DNA of 64,000 bases. Source: Clostridia bacterium. Its GTDB lineage: Bacteria; Bacillota; Clostridia; Christensenellales; UBA1242. The position numbers were made by a program, and so were the translations under genes. Of this stretch, positions 53,095-64,000 are shown one piece after another. Position 1 is the first letter of the stretch. Each line of letters opens with the position of its first letter. The stretch is from positions 162,183 to 226,182 of the forward strand of contig JAZONM010000005.1 of the NCBI GenBank assembly GCA_045654505.1, read 5' to 3'. The notes under the pieces were generated by a model. That model ran no database searches, had not been told where the DNA came from, and saw nothing but the letters and a program-made list of their open reading frames with translations.

Positions 53095-54063
53095 ATGGGG
53101 CTTTTAGCAAAACTTAAAAGTATGTTTAATAAAAATATAGACTGCTCTAAAGATTTGGACGGTGTATTTTTTCACGTGCTTCCCATGTCTAAGCCTATCC
53201 CGATTGGGTGCAATATTATAGTCAAAGAGGGATATCAAGCCATTTTCGTATGTAAAAATAAAGTTACTGATATTTTGCAAGAAGGTAAACACAAACTTGA
53301 TAATAATACAATTCCGTACACATTTAGAAGACTGAAATTATATAAGATTGACAAACATGGAAATATGCCAAAAAAATTTAAGTGCGACATATATTTCATT
53401 GAGAAAGGTAAGATACAAAACTTTGGATTTTCTTCTGCTCAGCCATATATTGAAAAGAGCGAACGTTTTGGAAAAGTGTTTGCGTATTGTGAGGGCATAT
53501 GTGATTTCACGATAGAGAATGCACAAAAATTGCTTGAGTATCTATTGCTCGAACATGCGTATGTAAAGGATAAAAAGGCAATCTTGGACATCTCGTCGAT
53601 TATCGGAAATGGTGTTAATGAAATACTTGAAGAAAGCCCAATGACTTTTGAAAAAATACTTACAGATAACGAAGATGTTTATATGTACATAAATACAAAT
53701 ATTGAGAAAAAACTTGGTTTTTGTGGGCTTAAGTGTGAAAAAGTAAGGCTAAACAGTATGGAAGTAAGCTCGAAAGTGCAAAAAAAGATTGATGAATATC
53801 TAAAAATGCATAATGAGTATAAGCGCCAATTTTCTAGTTCTAATGAATTTCAGTTGAAGGAAGTATACAGGACGCTTGAAGTACAGGAGAATGATGAGAT
53901 ATCAATGTCTCTCGCACATGATGAGGAGGTTCCGTCATATCTAAATAGGGAAGATTTGGTCAAACATCCAAAAAAACAATGTTTGTATTGTGGAAATTAC
54001 ATAAATCAAAGGGCAAAATTTTGTGAATTTTGCGGATTTGAGCAAGATTTGAATAAAAATTGA
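53095..54063 (+). CDS. SPFH-like (YdjI / virion-core-like) protein with a C-terminal zinc ribbon
   Basis: The N-terminal MGLLAKLKSMF.. and the overall layout resemble YdjI-type SPFH proteins. The C-terminus is CLYCGNYINQRAKFCEFCG. Confidence 0.5.
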   Translation: MGLLAKLKSMFNKNIDCSKDLDGVFFHVLPMSKPIPIGCNIIVKEGYQAIFVCKNKVTDILQEGKHKLDNNTIPYTFRRLKLYKIDKHGNMPKKFKCDIYFIEKGKIQNFGFSSAQPYIEKSERFGKVFAYCEGICDFTIENAQKLLEYLLLEHAYVKDKKAILDISSIIGNGVNEILEESPMTFEKILTDNEDVYMYINTNIEKKLGFCGLKCEKVRLNSMEVSSKVQKKIDEYLKMHNEYKRQFSSSNEFQLKEVYRTLEVQENDEISMSLAHDEEVPSYLNREDLVKHPKKQCLYCGNYINQRAKFCEFCGFEQDLNKN

Positions 54064-54112
54064 TTTGTTTAATGACGATATTTAGTTATAATAATATAAA
54101 GAGGTAATGAAA

Positions 54113-55003
54113 ATGAAATTTGGTTTTGTTGTGCCGGTGCTTAGCGAGTGTGATATCCAACAACGTTATGCGGCAATCGAAGAGGCTTGTAAGGCTTGCA
54201 ATGTGGATTTTGAAGTGATTTTTGCTTTTAATGCAAAGCTTAATGCTCAGTTTTCTCGCGTTAGAACTCTATATATTGATAATAAAAAAGTACGTGCTTT
54301 TAAGGTTAATACCAATGTAAATGAGCACAAATTGATTACTATTGCAATGGGTTATTGCGAGGATTATGACGCGACAATAATTTACTCTGCAAAAGAGACA
54401 ATAAATGTCGAAGTATTAAAGACTTTTATTTTCTCATGGCAAGCGGGCAATAAAGTTGTTTATTTGAAAAAAGAGTATGCTCACCCTAAGAAAATATGGG
54501 TTAAATTCAAGACATGGCTGTATAATATCGGCATGAAACTCCTTGGTGTATTTAAAGATTTTGGTGGAGAGACAGATATCCAAATGCTTGATAAGGATGT
54601 TGTAATAACAATCAATCAATTGCCGACCAAAAATAGACAATTACGTGTCTTGGATAGTTTTATAGGTTATAATTACGACATTATAAAGATGGAAGTAGAT
54701 AGTAAGGTTAAGGATAGCAAGCTGTATATTGAAAAGACTAAAGGTGTAAAACTTAGTGCACTTGGTATGGGTATTTCGTACTTCTTGTCGATTGTGTTTT
54801 TGACATTCGCCTTGCTTACTGCATTTAATGTTATACGACTAGGTGTTGTGTGGCATATTGTATTGTGGTTTTTGGTGGCTTGTACATGGGTTCTTTCGCT
54901 CATATTCTACACTAAATATCAATTGGGTTTGCGTGTCGGTGGTAATGTAGATGAAAAAGAATTGATTGCGCTAGCTTCCAATCTAGAAAAATATAATTTT
55001 TAA
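54113..55003 (+). CDS. Membrane protein with a GT2-like N-terminal domain and two C-terminal TM helices (tentative)
   Basis: FGFVVPV.. start and GtrB-like architecture, but I cannot see a clear DxD motif. ATG 54113 has better SD spacing than 54107. Confidence 0.35.
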   Translation: MKFGFVVPVLSECDIQQRYAAIEEACKACNVDFEVIFAFNAKLNAQFSRVRTLYIDNKKVRAFKVNTNVNEHKLITIAMGYCEDYDATIIYSAKETINVEVLKTFIFSWQAGNKVVYLKKEYAHPKKIWVKFKTWLYNIGMKLLGVFKDFGGETDIQMLDKDVVITINQLPTKNRQLRVLDSFIGYNYDIIKMEVDSKVKDSKLYIEKTKGVKLSALGMGISYFLSIVFLTFALLTAFNVIRLGVVWHIVLWFLVACTWVLSLIFYTKYQLGLRVGGNVDEKELIALASNLEKYNF

Positions 55004-55008
55004 TAATT

Positions 55009-55034
55009 AAAGATAGGTTTTTTCCTATCTTTTT
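55009..55034 (+). terminator. Terminator
   Basis: Stem aaagatagg, loop tttttt, stem cctatcttt, then a T-run. Confidence 0.75.
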
Positions 55035-55065
55035 GTGTCAATAATAAAAACAATTTGGAGGACTT

Positions 55066-56175
55066 ATGGATTATAGAGATAACGAACTTGCAAAAAAGAT
55101 AGTCAATTATTCTTGTGAAGTAAAGAAAGGGGAGAAAGTGCTGATTGAGTGTAGTGAGGCCTCTACTTACTTTCAAAAATGTTTGATCGAAGAAATCTAT
55201 AATGCAGGCGGAATGCCTTTTGTAAGGTCTTTTGATAAGAAGGTGAAAAAAGCTATTATTATGGGGTCAAATGAAGACTTTATGAAAGCGTGGGCTGAAT
55301 GGGACGAAAAATTTATGGATGACATGGATGCCGTAATTTTAATCTCTGGAGACGACAATATCTTTGAATATAGCGACATTCCACGTGATAAAATGGAACT
55401 ATATGAAAATATATATGTAAAGCGTGTTCATCTTGATGTAAGAGTAAAGAAAAAATGGGTGCTTCTTCGTTATCCGACCCCATCATTTGCGCAAAACAGT
55501 AAAATGAGTACTGAAAAATTTACTGATTATTTCTATAAGGTGTGCAATCTTGATTATGCACATATGTGCAAGTGTATGGATCCGCTTAAAAATTTGATGG
55601 AAAAAACTGACCAAGTGAAAATAATCGCAAAAGATACAAAATTGACATTCTCAATAAAAGGGATACCAGCTGTAAAATGTTGTGGTGAATGCAATATCCC
55701 GGATGGTGAGTTGTATACTGCACCTGTAAAGGACTCCATCAATGGTTATATAACATTCAATATCCCTACAATATATAATGGAATAGAGCATAGAGATATA
55801 AAATTTACTTTTAAAAATGGTAAGATAGTTGAAGCGTCAAGTAATAATAGTGACAGACTTCTTGAAGTATTGGAAACTGACGAAGGTTCGAGATATATTG
55901 GCGAATTTTCCTTTGGGCTAAATCCATATATCAATACACCAATCTTGGATATATTGTTTGACGAGAAAATGTGTGATTCTATTCATATGGCTGTGGGTGG
56001 TTGTTATGATGATGCATATAATGGCAATAAAAGTGCTGTGCATTGGGACTTGATACAGAGCCATAGTCCAGAGTTTGGCGGTGGCGAAATTTACTTTGAT
56101 GACGTTTTAATTAGAAAAAATGGTCGTTTTATCCCAAATGAATTAGTTGCGTTGAATAAAGAGAATTTGATATAA
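55066..56175 (+). CDS. M29-family aminopeptidase (AmpS/PepS-like)
   Basis: ..LAKKIVNYSCEVKKGEKVLIE.. at the N-terminus, and the length (369 aa) is typical of thermophilic-metalloprotease M29 enzymes. Confidence 0.8.
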   Translation: MDYRDNELAKKIVNYSCEVKKGEKVLIECSEASTYFQKCLIEEIYNAGGMPFVRSFDKKVKKAIIMGSNEDFMKAWAEWDEKFMDDMDAVILISGDDNIFEYSDIPRDKMELYENIYVKRVHLDVRVKKKWVLLRYPTPSFAQNSKMSTEKFTDYFYKVCNLDYAHMCKCMDPLKNLMEKTDQVKIIAKDTKLTFSIKGIPAVKCCGECNIPDGELYTAPVKDSINGYITFNIPTIYNGIEHRDIKFTFKNGKIVEASSNNSDRLLEVLETDEGSRYIGEFSFGLNPYINTPILDILFDEKMCDSIHMAVGGCYDDAYNGNKSAVHWDLIQSHSPEFGGGEIYFDDVLIRKNGRFIPNELVALNKENLI

Positions 56176-56195
56176 TCATAGTATATAAAGATTAA

Positions 56196-57224
<1,029 letters not shown>

Positions 57225-57242
57225 TAATGATATTTAAATTAA

Positions 57243-57272
57243 AAAACAGCCAATAAATATTGGTTGTTTTTT
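57243..57272 (+). terminator. Terminator after gap
   Basis: Stem aaacagccaat / attggttgttt (one G-U pair), then a T-run. Confidence 0.7.
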
Positions 57273-57352
57273 ATTTGATTGTAAAACTATTTTCCTATAA
57301 GTTGTTGCTTTTGGTGGGGGAGATTTGGTATACTAATATGGGAGAGAAAAGT

Positions 57353-58943
<1,591 letters not shown>

Positions 58944-58944
<1 letters not shown>

Positions 58945-59387
58945 TGGGAAAACCTCAATTTAAAGAAATACTTTCGTCTACTTTTGATAATATGGTTTCT
59001 ATGTATTCGTTAAAGGAGGAGAGAGATTTAAGGAAGAGTTTGCCTGCTGATATTACAATAAATGAAGTAAAAATTTTGTATGCAATTGTTTCGTCAAAAT
59101 CTCGACCTACTCCGACTATTGTTGCGAAAAAGCTAAATGTTACTAAAGGTACGCTTACTACGAATATTGACAAACTAGTTAATAAAGGGTATGTTGTGCG
59201 CATGGTGTCTGGTAGTGATGCTAGAGTGACATACCTTATTCTTACCAAAGATGGTAAAGAAGCTGTAGCGATTTATCAAGAATTTCACGATTCTTTCATT
59301 GATGCTGTAGATAAAAAACTTGACCCTTATGAGAAGAGTCTATTACTTATTGCTTTATCAAAAATTGAAGATGTCTTGTATGAGTAG
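58944..59387 (+). CDS. MarR-family transcriptional regulator
   Basis: Winged HTH ..IVAKKLNVTKGTLTTNIDKLVNKGYV.R. TAATG overlap with mnmA. Confidence 0.8.
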
Positions 59388-59392
59388 TTTTT

Positions 59393-59418
59393 AAGTCACA
59401 TTTCATGTGACTTTTTTC
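59393..59418 (+). terminator. Terminator after marR
   Basis: Stem aagtcacat, loop ttc, stem atgtgactt, then T6. Confidence 0.8.
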
Positions 59419-59472
59419 TTTGTGTGCATCAAAAACTTTGTTTTCGTGTCGTTGTTTTGATATAATTATAGT

Positions 59473-60066
59473 ATGGAAATAAAAGACTGTGAAGAAATAC
59501 TGTATGAGATAAATAAAAGTAAATTTATTGGCTATGCGTATTCGGTAGAAAATGTAGACAAAATCAGTGAAATGATTGAAAAAGTGAAAAAAATACATGA
59601 AAAAGCAACGCATGTTTGCTATGCATATGTATTATCTTCACCTCACATGGAAAAATGCAGTGATGATGGTGAGCCAGATGGTACTGCTGGAAGGCCGATC
59701 CTTGAAGTGATTAAGAAAAACGGAATTACTAATACACTTTTGATTGTTGTGCGTTATTTTGGTGGGATAAAACTTGGCGCTGGTGGACTTGTGAGGGCTT
59801 ATTCTACTTGTGCAAAGAATACAATTGATGTTGCTGAAAAAGTGGAGTATTGCAATTATTTTGAATACAATGTTTCCACTGCTATTGATAATAAAAAGGT
59901 GCTAGATAGACTTCAAGGAAAACTTGGTTTTGAAATTTTGTCAAAACAATTTTCAAGTGAATATCTCGTAAAACTTATAATTAAAGATGAGGTTGACGAA
60001 TATTTCATCAAAAACAATATAAAGATTTTGAATAAAAAGATGGTAAAACAAGCAAAGAGAAATTGA
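59473..60066 (+). CDS. yigZ: YigZ / IMPACT-family (UPF0029) protein
   Basis: ..KSKFIGYAY...ATHVCYAY....DDGEPDGTAGRPIL...VVRYFGGIKLGAGGLVRAY. Confidence 0.85.
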   Translation: MEIKDCEEILYEINKSKFIGYAYSVENVDKISEMIEKVKKIHEKATHVCYAYVLSSPHMEKCSDDGEPDGTAGRPILEVIKKNGITNTLLIVVRYFGGIKLGAGGLVRAYSTCAKNTIDVAEKVEYCNYFEYNVSTAIDNKKVLDRLQGKLGFEILSKQFSSEYLVKLIIKDEVDEYFIKNNIKILNKKMVKQAKRN

Positions 60067-60071
60067 AGCGT

Positions 60072-60692
60072 ATGGCAAAAATAACAAAACTCGAAACTCA
60101 AAAAAAAGATAAAAGTCGTGTAAATTTGTATTTAGATGATGAGTTTTTTTGTGGGCTTAGTATGGACACTGTGGTGAAGTATTCACTAAGGGTGGGACTT
60201 GAAGTAGAAGATGAATATCTCAATGGTGTGATATATGAAAGTGAGAAAATTACAGTCTTTAATAAGTGTTTGGATTATATTGGATCATCTTACAAAACTT
60301 CAAAACAAGTAAGAGATTATTTGAAAAGAAAAGAGTATGCTGACGACTTAATAAAATGCACTATTGAAAAGTTAAAAGAATATAGAGTTCTTGATGATGA
60401 TAATTTTGCGGAAATATATATCAATACATATAAAAACAAATACGGAAATGGTATTTTGAGGAAAAAATTGTTTGAAAAAGGTGTTTCTAGAGAGATAGTA
60501 GACAAATATCTTGAGGATAATGTGCCGGATGAAGAAATTGTATATAATCTCGCAATTAAAAAACTAGGTCAAAAACCTGCTACATATGAGAACATGTCTA
60601 AAATAATGAGGTTTTTGGCATCAAGAGGGTGGGATTTTGACATAAACAATAAAATTGTAAAACAAATCATGAAAGAAAGGGGTGAAGAATAA
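60072..60692 (+). CDS. recX: Recombination regulator RecX
   Basis: Three-repeat helical pattern (..YLKRKEY..; ..LDDDNFAEIY..; ..LRKKLFEKGVSREI..). ATG 60072; the listed start 60063 is a TTG. Confidence 0.8.
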   Translation: MAKITKLETQKKDKSRVNLYLDDEFFCGLSMDTVVKYSLRVGLEVEDEYLNGVIYESEKITVFNKCLDYIGSSYKTSKQVRDYLKRKEYADDLIKCTIEKLKEYRVLDDDNFAEIYINTYKNKYGNGILRKKLFEKGVSREIVDKYLEDNVPDEEIVYNLAIKKLGQKPATYENMSKIMRFLASRGWDFDINNKIVKQIMKERGEE

Positions 60693-61054
60693 TGCTTGTT
60701 GGGATAGATAATCTTGATATTGTAAGAATGGAAAAATTTACGCAAAATCAAAGACATTTGGGTAAAATTTTTACTCCATATGAGGCAATGTATATTAGTA
60801 AAACCAATAAGAGTACTCAAAGAATGGCGGGTATTTATTGTGCTAAAGAAGCTTTTCTTAAGGCGCTAGGTGTTGGGGTCAGAAATGGTGTAGATTTTTG
60901 CGAGATTGAGGTAAAACATGAAGAGAATGGTAAGCCTTATCTTGTTGTGTCAGACAAATTGAAAATTCTTATGTTTACTAAAGGTGTGAAAGAGATACAA
61001 ATCTCAATTGCACATACTGATGATTTGTGTACTGCAATTTGTGTACTTTCGTAG
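60692..61054 (+). CDS. acpS: Holo-[acyl-carrier-protein] synthase
   Basis: 120 aa with ..GIYCAKEAFLKALG.. and ..ISIAHTDD... TAATG overlap with recX. Confidence 0.85.
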   Translation: MLVGIDNLDIVRMEKFTQNQRHLGKIFTPYEAMYISKTNKSTQRMAGIYCAKEAFLKALGVGVRNGVDFCEIEVKHEENGKPYLVVSDKLKILMFTKGVKEIQISIAHTDDLCTAICVLS

Positions 61055-61070
61055 TTTTTTTGTATAAGTG

Positions 61071-61098
61071 AAAGTCTTGGGTGACCAAGACTTTTTTA
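61071..61098 (+). terminator. Terminator after acpS
   Basis: Stem aaagtcttgg, loop gtga, stem ccaagacttt, then a T-run. Confidence 0.85.
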
Positions 61099-61190
61099 TT
61101 TTGTGTCTAGTGTGGTGGAAAAATTTCTTTGTCGTATATCGGTGGGCTTTTAAAAAAATGCAAATTGAAGTTTGCTAAAAATATTTTATA

Positions 61191-61229
61191 TGGAAAAATT
61201 TTCCAAAGATGTAAATATGATTTTAATAT
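61191..61229 (+). promoter_or_regulatory. Putative mazEF promoter with an overlapping 15-nt palindrome (candidate operator)
   Basis: TGGAAAAATTTTCCA at 61191-61205 overlaps TTCCAA at 61201-61206. Then 17 nt, then TAATAT at 61224-61229. Confidence 0.4.
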
Positions 61230-61268
61230 TTGCACAATCTAATTCAAAAGAGGTACGGGTGACTTAAT

Positions 61269-61583
61269 ATGGATCTTTCAAAAATAAGAATCGTTAAAAA
61301 ACCGAACATGTCCAAAATGATTTTTTTCAAAGATGATATTTGTGCTTATAGTATAGCGCTAAACCAACTTGTCAATACTTATTCTATTCACAAAGGACAA
61401 GCACCTTTTCATACAATGAGTAAAGACCAAGATTTTGTTTTGGATGAAAAAACTAAGTCGGTCTTGATAAATATTAGTCGAGAGTTTGATGGGGTAGAAG
61501 ATGATTTAGTATTTTATGAAAGATGGTTGGTGAATAGTGATAGAAGTGATAAAAAGAGGAGATATTTTTTTCGCCGACCTTAG
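61269..61583 (+). CDS. Putative MazE/EndoAI-like antitoxin (atypical, 104 aa)
   Basis: It sits directly upstream of and overlapping mazF. ..[20 protein letters not shown].. could be an RHH strand-helix. The tail ..YERWLVNS resembles the EndoAI C-terminus as I recall it. The start is uncertain (61269 or 61308). Confidence 0.4.
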   Translation: MDLSKIRIVKKPNMSKMIFFKDDICAYSIALNQLVNTYSIHKGQAPFHTMSKDQDFVLDEKTKSVLINISREFDGVEDDLVFYERWLVNSDRSDKKRRYFFRRP

Positions 61584-61890
61584 CCCTGTGATTGGAAGTG
61601 AGCAAGGAGGGCTAAGGCCTGTTCTTGTTGTTCAAAATAATGTAGGCAATAAATATTCTCCCACAGTGATTGTTGCCGCAATCACAAGTCAAATCAACAA
61701 GGCAAAAATACCTACACATATCGAGTTGTCCACGAATTATGGACTTTCTAAAGATTCTGTTGCATTGCTGGAACAACTTCGTACAATTGATAAGCGAAGA
61801 CTTAGAGACAAGATTGGATGCGTGGATAATGACAAGATGAGATCAGTCAATAATGCTCTTCTTATTAGTCTTGGTTTTGGTACTACATAG
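61537..61890 (+). CDS. mazF: Type II toxin, MazF/EndoA (PemK-family) mRNA interferase
   Basis: ..[59 protein letters not shown] is near-collinear with B. subtilis EndoA. The start is GTG 61537 or GTG 61546. Confidence 0.92.
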   Translation: MIEVIKRGDIFFADLSPVIGSEQGGLRPVLVVQNNVGNKYSPTVIVAAITSQINKAKIPTHIELSTNYGLSKDSVALLEQLRTIDKRRLRDKIGCVDNDKMRSVNNALLISLGFGTT

Positions 61891-62051
61891 ACGAAAGTCG
61901 AATATGTAATCATATGTGCATATATCAAAACGAGATGATGGTGAGATTATTTTGTTATATTTGATGTTTGTGTTAAGTTTGTTGGAAGTATTTGGTTATT
62001 GACAGCATTCGTCGTAAAAACCTATAAAATAATAACATATTTTTGGTGTTT

Positions 62052-62075
62052 TTGATTACTTATATAAGTAATCAA
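62052..62075. repeat. Perfect 24-bp palindrome followed by a T-run
   Basis: TTGATTACTTAT|ATAAGTAATCAA, then a(t)8 a(t)6. It lies about 40 nt upstream of the -35 of the next gene. Confidence 0.9.
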
Positions 62076-62115
62076 TTTTTTTATTTTTTCATACATTTTT
62101 TTATAAAAAGGGGTA

Positions 62116-62144
62116 TTGACAAGAAAGACAAAACATAGTATACT
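62116..62144 (+). promoter_or_regulatory. Promoter of the 3'-terminal surface-protein gene
   Basis: TTGACA at 62116-62121, 17 nt, TATACT at 62139-62144. Confidence 0.6.
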
Positions 62145-62181
62145 ATGTGTGTTGAAAAAATCTCTATCTTGGAGGTGTACT

Positions 62182-64000
62182 ATGGCAAACGAACAAAAAT
62201 ATAATACTCTTAATAAAAAACAAAGCAATTTTCTAAAGACTGCTTTAGAAAAACTTTTAAAAAATCCTGATGCAAATTATGACCATTTGGTAAGATGGCT
62301 TATGTTTGGGGAGATGCCAAAAGAAGTAGTTGAGGAATATATAGCTACCAATTCTGCGGTATCTACAAGCAACATTAAGGCTTTGGGTATAAAATCTCTT
62401 ATTACAAATCTTAAAAATAAGGGTCTTGGTACTGACTTCACTGTATTTAAAAACCTTGCTTTCAAAGCAGGAGATGAGGTTTCTCTAAATAATGTGATTA
62501 TCAATCCAAACTTGATATTGCCTGAGCATGCCGAAAAACTTCAAAATGCAGGAGTTAGGGTAGAAGATCTTGTGAAAATCATGGCTGATGAAAAAGTGCC
62601 TTTTACTTCTAGATCTAAGAAAAATTATGTAGAAAGATTGGTTTTGGAATACAACAAAACTGTTAAGCCTGAGGAAAAAATAGATCTTGGAGTGGTGTCT
62701 CCAATTTTAAAAACTATTGTAATCAATCAATTGAGTGATTTTAGAAATGAATTGACAGAGACAGAGACTGTAAGAATTGGGTATAGTCAAAATTACGACT
62801 GTAATATTGTTATTGAAAGATTGAAGCTGTCTTTTACTACAGCCCCTTCTTCTTCCTCGACTTTGAATAATAAAGACATAGTTATTGCTGGAAAAGCACC
62901 AAAAGGAAATTTTACAATTGCAAAGAAAATTGACGATATTTCGGAAAAATACTTGGGTGACAAATCAGAAAAACTTCTTTCTTTTGATTCGAAAAAATAT
63001 TCATACAATAGCAAATATTTTGTTGACAACAATAATGGCACATTGTATGTAAACAACAACTATGACACATTGCGCAAGATTATTGCAATCAATGGACTTA
63101 TCGCAAATCAAGAAACATTAATTAATAAATTTGTCGATGACATGGAAAACAATAAATTGCTTATTTCGGGCTGGATTGAAGCAAATAAAAGCAAGTATAC
63201 TAGTGAAGAGGCATTGAAAAAAGATGCAATTGCGTATGCTAAAAGTTTTGTACCTGAAAAACTTTTTGAATCGGTAGAAGATGTACATGGTGTAAGATAT
63301 AAAGTTCCTGTTTGCAAAATTTTGAAAGATGAAATATTGACACATACTCAAATTAAGGTGCCTACACCAAAGGCGACTTCGCTTTGGACCTTGGAAACAG
63401 CAATGGGAAAATATCTTAATGAAATCAATAGCAAACGATATGAGAGTTATCAAGAATTGCTTTCTTTCACTAATGAAAAAGTGGTAGAAAGTTATAATAA
63501 AAATGAGCCTGTCGAGGCTCCAAAAGAAGAGCCTAAAGAGGCTCCTAAGGAAGAGCCAAAAGTTGAGCCAAAACCTGTTGAAAAACCAGTAGATACAGAC
63601 AAAGGAGGAAGTGAGGAAGTGAAGACTAAAGTTGCGTTCGTACTTGTAGATAAAGACAACAACATAATTAAACCAGGCGAAGACCTTGATGCATATCTAG
63701 CAAGCCTTAGCGAAACTAAACGTCAAGAAGTCATTGACAAGACTGTATCTTATGTTATCCTTGGTGTGACTGACGAGGCTGGAAATCCTGTGCCTGTTAC
63801 AAGAGAAATTGTTGACAAGGTGCCTGCTCCTCATGTTCAATTGTCCAATAATATTACGAAGATAGCAGCAGGAGCTTTTGTAGGAAATCCTGTAGAGCAA
63901 GTTTCATTCCACGAAGCATACAATCCATTCAACACACAAATTGAAGAAGGTGCTTTTGATCCAAATATTAGAATTTTCGCTTGTGGAAAACAAGAAAACA
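62182..64000 (+). CDS. Large hypothetical protein (3'-truncated by the window edge): PK/PE-rich linker, then BspA-type leucine-rich-repeat-like sequence
   Basis: Absent from the ORF track because no stop is reached. I translated frame 1 by hand from ATG 62182 (GGAGGTG SD) to nt 64000 and found no stop in 606 codons. Linker EAPKEEPKEAPKEEPKVEPKPVEKP at ~63505-63590. The end ..ITKIAAGAFVGNPVEQVSF....IEEGAF.. looks like LRR_5/BspA repeats. Confidence 0.75.
   Translation, partial: MANEQKYNTLNKKQSNFLKTALEKLLKNPDANYDHLVRWLMFGEMPKEVVEEYIATNSAVSTSNIKALGIKSLITNLKNKGLGTDFTVFKNLAFKAGDEVSLNNVIINPNLILPEHAEKLQNAGVRVEDLVKIMADEKVPFTSRSKKNYVERLVLEYNKTVKPEEKIDLGVVSPILKTIVINQLSDFRNELTETETVRIGYSQNYDCNIVIERLKLSFTTAPSSSSTLNNKDIVIAGKAPKGNFTIAKKIDDISEKYLGDKSEKLLSFDSKKYSYNSKYFVDNNNGTLYVNNNYDTLRKIIAINGLIANQETLINKFVDDMENNKLLISGWIEANKSKYTSEEALKKDAIAYAKSFVPEKLFESVEDVHGVRYKVPVCKILKDEILTHTQIKVPTPKATSLWTLETAMGKYLNEINSKRYESYQELLSFTNEKVVESYNKNEPVEAPKEEPKEAPKEEPKVEPKPVEKPVDTDKGGSEEVKTKVAFVLVDKDNNIIKPGEDLDAYLASLSETKRQEVIDKTVSYVILGVTDEAGNPVPVTREIVDKVPAPHVQLSNNITKIAAGAFVGNPVEQVSFHEAYNPFNTQIEEGAFDPNIRIFACGKQEN

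Noticed and set aside
62022-62228. 68-aa minus-strand ORF covering the palindrome, the promoter and the start of the 3'-terminal gene.
   Set aside because: It spans regulatory DNA and the SD and ATG of a well-supported plus-strand gene. It has no SD of its own.

Overview
This is an AT-rich bacterial chromosomal segment using the standard genetic code: TGA, TAA and TAG all act as stops, and rpoB, rpoC, fusA and addAB read full length. The gene content fits a low-GC Bacillota-like organism: AddAB rather than RecBCD, YugP-type peptidases, DUF1540, and an EndoA-type mazF just downstream of acpS. That is an inference, not an identification.

Contents, 5' to 3':
- Nt 1-11852: the 3' 11.8 kb of a giant GLUG-repeat ORF, open at the window edge.
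- Translation/transcription core in a non-canonical order: rpoB-rpoC, rpsL-rpsG-fusA-tuf, rpmG-secE-nusG-rplK-rplA, rplJ-rplL, then rplI. These blocks are separated by orphan genes.
- Orphan genes: four ORFs lie between rpoC and rpsL, and two ORFs plus an ABC transporter lie after tuf. Two reverse-strand ORFs sit between rplA and rplJ. Most are autonomous promoter-ORF-terminator units with no motif I can recognise.
- An rplI-linked cassette: a DUF4178-like ORF carrying a G10 tract, a PNPOx-fold protein and a radical SAM/SPASM enzyme.
- Two tandem YugP Zn-peptidases, addB-addA, a membrane-anchored coiled-coil protein, a PRC-barrel protein, and an SPFH/zinc-ribbon protein followed by a GT2-like protein.
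- M29 aminopeptidase, gap, a TM2-mnmA-marR operon, yigZ-recX-acpS, a mazEF-like pair, and the start of a surface protein that runs off the 3' edge.

I found no rRNA, tRNA, CRISPR array, integrase or transposase.

The most interesting signals are the rSAM cassette with its homopolymeric G10 switch and the orphan cassettes wedged into the normally contiguous ribosomal superoperon. Others are a recurrent TTTACAAA -35 box on accessory genes and duplicated L1-binding-like RNA motifs. All functional ideas for the orphan genes are hypotheses.
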